Position numbers and translations under genes: made by a program. DNA of 64,000 nt. It comes from Macrostomum hystrix (taxonomy: Eukaryota > Animalia > Platyhelminthes). The notes beneath the pieces are model-generated. The model did no database searches and was not told the origin of the DNA. It was given only the letters and a program-made list of their open reading frames with translations. Where the stretch lies: assembly GCA_950097015.1 (NCBI GenBank), contig CATNEN010000002.1, forward strand, positions 9,114,001 to 9,178,000, given 5' to 3'. Below, in pieces: positions 59,533 through 64,000 of this stretch (its first letter is position 1; each line of letters starts with the position of its first letter).

Positions 59533-60231
59533 GGTGGCTGCTGCAGAGTAAGAAAAGTAGCATTTGTACATACATTTACTATTCATTTAACACCCATCAC
59601 TACTTTCAGTCAACACTTGCTCTCAATATACAATGCAGGCGATTTAGAATACATGTCATTGCCATCTTTTATACAGTGCTATCGCAGTAGCTATATACAA
59701 TGGCCGACACTTATGTGAACTGAAGACTGAAGAAAAATTCTTTTCCTTACTATAAACTCTATATACTTAAGTAAAGGATTTAAATCAGACATTTATGTGC
59801 AAAGGCCCAAAATAGTTTGCATCAGTTATCTTATCCATGCTGACTCTGCAGTTATGATCATGTGCATCCCTTGATATTTCTCATATCTAACCAGAGAAGT
59901 ATAGATGAGCAGCCCTATTAGTAACTGCCATTGTTATGTTGACACTAGAAAAAAACAATTCATTTATTATACCTTAGACAAAACTTAACGCCACTAAATA
60001 TTATCTTAAGCAACACACAGAAGTACATTAAACAAGCAGAAAGTAATAACTCGAAGACAAAATTCCAAAAGTCAATGATTGCCATTTTTTTATTTCCACA
60101 AAAAATATCAACCCACACAATGCTTAGGCTCAACATTAACATATAATTAATACACTGCCTTCCATAAAAATAAAAAAATTAAACAATGCACTTCCCACCG
60201 TTGTAAATCAACCCAATATAATCCAGGGACC

Positions 60232-62893
60232 TTAGGTTTTAGGGCTCTTTGCAGCATGATTCTGCTCCGCATAAGTCTGATTCAGACTCTTCCGTGCCAT
60301 GGTCCACATCGCTTCTCCGGAATCGGCGCTGCTAGGTTGAAAAGCCAGTTGTAGAACCTCTACAATTTGGGAAGCAAAATTATACTAAATTTATCTGTTA
60401 TACTCTTTAGAGAAGAGAAAATAGGAGAGATGCATGGGGTGCATGACACATGGCAAAGAAAAACAGCATTGATAAATGTTGCATCCCTGACCATCAAGGT
60501 GAGCAAGTGACCAAGCATCCCTACTCCAGTCAACCAAGCTGTAAGTTGATATCCACTTTAAGGAAGATAAAGTAAACTTCATGGCCCACTGACTACAGAG
60601 CAGTGGAGTGCATAGTTACTCTACCAAGTGATTGCATTGACAGCACAATTTTGCTATTCACCTGAAAATATATTTCTTGGCATACTTGAATTGGAAATAA
60701 TTGGATTGTATTCCTTACTGCTAGTCTTAGTGGTTTACAATGTCATGTATGTCTTTAAATTTATGTTCCATATTAAGTTGCTAATAAAACTGTAGTTTAA
60801 TATTCAGAAATTTTATTCTGTTCCTCAAACCAACATTACCAAAAAGTACAGAATTAGCATATGGATATTACTGGTCATGCCACACTTCCACCCTTATTCC
60901 AAGGCTTATTACTTTACATACCTGATACAATACATTTATGCTGTCTAACAAGAAATTACTACACAGTCAAGCAAAATGTAATATCTTTCACAATAGATAA
61001 CAGGCATTAGTGCTATATTTCATAAAACAATCAGCAATTAAGCAACCAAAGGTTAACTCACTCTTTAGTTCATCCACTACCTCTTGTGAGGCAGCTATCC
61101 GGGTGGTCTTCTTTCCTGGTTCAACAACATGTGTCATCAAATAGGCCAGACCATACCGCTTGAGAGCAAACTGGCGGATGAATGTAGATGGATTGGTTCT
61201 CTTCAGAGACCCCAGGCCAAACTTGACACCATCAACATCAGTGAACTCCTGGAATGTGTGCAGAAAAATATAATGCTCCGCATGCTTCTATGCCACTTAA
61301 AATGAAGACTACCAAATATAATAATCCATTAATTTGCACATAATAACACACCTATATCCAAAAGAGAATTTCTAACTGGTAGCTATAAGCTAAGGACTAT
61401 GTTGCAAAAGTTTGAAATAACAATGAAATAACATATACAACCCACCTGACCTGCTGGAAAAAATTCTGTAAAGCAAAAAATGCTTCTGCTGCAAGTACTC
61501 TGCATGAAGTATGGGGTGCACCCAAGGGCTATGCATATATAGCTATACAGTCAGTAACCTGACTGTGGAGGAGGCAGTTGCAAGTCAAGCCACATGTAAA
61601 TTGTAATTTATCCTAGCTTAAAACTGGTACCATATCATTGTTTGCTTGACTGGGGCTAGAGAACAGCTGGTTTAAGCTATCAAAGGTTGCCTTGAGAGTC
61701 AGAAGCAAATTTAGCCTACAGTAAGTATAACAGCCAATATTGCTTAAATTTGTAGTGATGGTGGATGCAGCTAACCTACTGGACTAGCTGTAGCTACCTT
61801 GTCCCATATGGAAAAATGTAGAAGCGTTATTTAAATAAGAAAATGAATATATTTGTTGTGAATTTTATGCACATAGATATTTAAGAACTAAATAGCATCA
61901 TACCTCATTGCTAGGTTCAGCACGCCGGAAAGTCGATTCCTTTGCATTCCTCTTGAGCTTCCTGAACTCACTATGCATATAGGCTTCTATCTTCACTGAA
62001 AATGAAAAAAAGTGGAAAAAACCTTGCATAACCACATCATGGCTATAAAGTTACATAGATAAAGGACATATGTACTCCACAATCTACATTAAGTAAAGCT
62101 CGAAATATTGCAAGTCAAACAAGTGAGCCATGTGTGCTAATCTGAGGACAGAAGCCTAGAAAATGTGCCTCTCCCATGCTATAGTTATTGTGAAAACTGC
62201 ACACAGTCAAAGCAATCTGCCAACCTGTCCAAGTCAAGTTTTTACACAGAGTAAAATTATTTTGAAATTATTAAGCCACTAAAATTATTTACCCAGTTTG
62301 GCATAGATTTGGACATTAGAAATCTCTTCCCCATCGAGTGCATCAGTACCAATAGCAGCAGCTTCAGCAGCAGAATGACCAGGTGTGGCAGTCATGAACC
62401 TATTCATCACTGCAAACTCTTGCTCAATCCGAATTCCAGCACGGTCACCAGCTACATGGTTCTCAATACCAGTGAGGGCACCAGAACTTCTAGGACAAGC
62501 AGTAGCATCACCATGACAATTGGTGGCCTCATGGCGTGGGCGCTTTTGCAATGAAGCTCTGGCATCATTGGCATCAGCATGCTCAGAGTCATCAGAGGAA
62601 TCACTGGAAGATATTGGTGAATGCTGGCCTAAAATAGTAAGTATATGAATTGCCTGTCAACTATTGTAATAAGATGATACACAGTGTTCCAAAATGTATT
62701 TATATAGCAGCACTGACATACCCCTGACAAACTCTTGCAGAATGGCATCTGTTAAATTGCCTGCAGTTTTATGCTCAGAAATAAATGCTGCCATCTTCTT
62801 CTCCAGCATGTTGACAGATGCTTGTGTGCCAGCATGAAGCAGGCAACCTTGCCAGATTCCTTCTTGACCAAAATCTAGTGGGTAGAAGCCACC
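60232..62893 (-). CDS. Spliced BEN-domain protein (transposon accessory, TnpA-like), at least 5 exons, 5' end not found
   Basis: Exons 62893-62722, 62628-62293, 61995-61904, 61248-61062, 60359-60232 (stop); phases 1,1,0,1, all GT-AG. Joined C-terminus NPSTFIRQFALKRYGLAYLMTHVVEPGKKTTRIAASQEVVDELKKVLQLAFQPSSADSGEAMWTMARKSLNQTYAE fits the BEN helical pattern, preceded by a basic coiled segment YAKLVKIEAYMHSEFRKLKR. AATAAA on minus at 60094 and 59968. Confidence 0.72.
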
Positions 62894-64000
62894 CTAAACA
62901 GGAATGTAAAGAAAAAAATTAAATAAGAGATGAATGCAATCTACAAGTCAAAGAAAAGAATTCATAGCTTTTCTGAACAAGTCAAACAAATATGATTAGG
63001 GGTTTAATAGACAATAAACATTCTAAAAGAAGAACATAGAAAAAGGAAAGATACATATGTTTATCTTAGTGTTTTGCTGCTACAAATCCTTTGGACCATA
63101 ACCATAACGATAATAGTATCCATAATCAACTTTGCTATAATGAGTTTCCATAACTGTAATTGACATAAAATACAATTTTCTGCAACTTCGCATAGCCAAA
63201 ACCATAACCATATTTTGCTTCCTTTAGCTATATATTATTTCAACAAGGAAAAGATAAACTAAGAGATGAAAAGATAAACTAAGAGATGAAAATCCTACAC
63301 TTCTTAGATTCTATAAGACAATGGATATACTCTTCTAAATTAGTCATATTACACTTAAGAGTACAATTACAACATAGAAGAATATAACCATTTTAATCTA
63401 TTTAAACTTATATTTAACTAACTTAAAGACCTTAACTAACTATATTTAACTATGATTTGAAAATCATGTCATAACCATAACCACAATCAATTTATTTTTC
63501 AATAATGATGTTCCTATAACCATCATTACTCTTTTTACTTTTTAGGATGTTCTTATTATAATCTATAACAGTAGCCATAACTATACTATAGCAAAATACT
63601 AGTTTATCTATAAGAGACACTATCTATCAAAACCTATATGCACTGCAATAGGGTTAGTTGGTATCACTTTAAAAGGCAGTCTTTTTCATTTGAATATATA
63701 AATACTCTTAGTTCTAACTCTTTTTGGTTTATCATATTTATGCTTACTCAAGTATTTATTATCACTTTCTTATTTCTAAAGTAAAAGCTCACTTACAAGA
63801 CCTTACCATAATTAATATAAAATAATTTTAATGTTCTTTTTTTATATAAAGTCTAAATGCAAAGGTTATTTTTGGTTTGTAAAAATAGTTACAAGTTGCA
63901 TATATTCTATAGGGACCCTAGATATTGACCCTATATTTCTATAGGATATAATGGTAAAGACAATTTTTCTAGGGAATTAGCATTTAGGGTATCATATCTT

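Larger units (their letters stand above)
55358..64000 (-). mobile_element. Putative autonomous CACTA/EnSpm (CMC) transposon carrying transposase and a BEN-domain accessory gene; one end outside the window, the other tentatively at about 55358
   Basis: Intact transposase plus a co-oriented spliced BEN gene; candidate terminus CCCTAGGCGCC followed by a subterminal tandem array. Boundaries are inferred, not demonstrated. Confidence 0.5.

Noticed and set aside
60494-60597. Extra BEN-gene exon within ORF 60391-60582
   Set aside because: Its acceptor phase does not match the upstream phase-1 donor (gives an in-frame TGA); skipping it yields a continuous BEN-like sequence

Overview
Eukaryotic (metazoan) genomic DNA. 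GC3-rich exons and minisatellite-filled introns suggest a free-living flatworm such as Macrostomum; this is inference and cannot be verified here. Left half (5027-33638, +): a complete 34-exon beta-heavy spectrin gene (karst/sma-1/SPTBN5 type). My exon model sums to 12390 nt (4129 aa + stop) with CH-CH, spectrin repeats, an inserted SH3, a PH domain and a basic tail. About half of its introns each carry their own unrelated minisatellite, and one intron is probably GC-AG. Right half: a 41-bp satellite, a decayed THAP/P-element transposase (-), a single-ORF TAK1-like kinase with a possible TRADD-N-like C-terminal domain (+), a 5'-truncated RNase H-type LINE with a 10-bp TSD, a 4-exon ankyrin + PUFD-like (BCOR-like) gene (-), and a tRNA-like SINE candidate. 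The most interesting feature is an apparently intact CACTA/EnSpm (CMC) transposase ORF (-) with a spliced BEN-domain accessory gene directly upstream that the ORF track misses. The transposase exon has a phase-1 acceptor compatible with the accessory gene's phase-1 donors, which suggests a TnpA/TnpD-like alternatively spliced two-product element. All exon models and family calls were made by eye, with no database searches.
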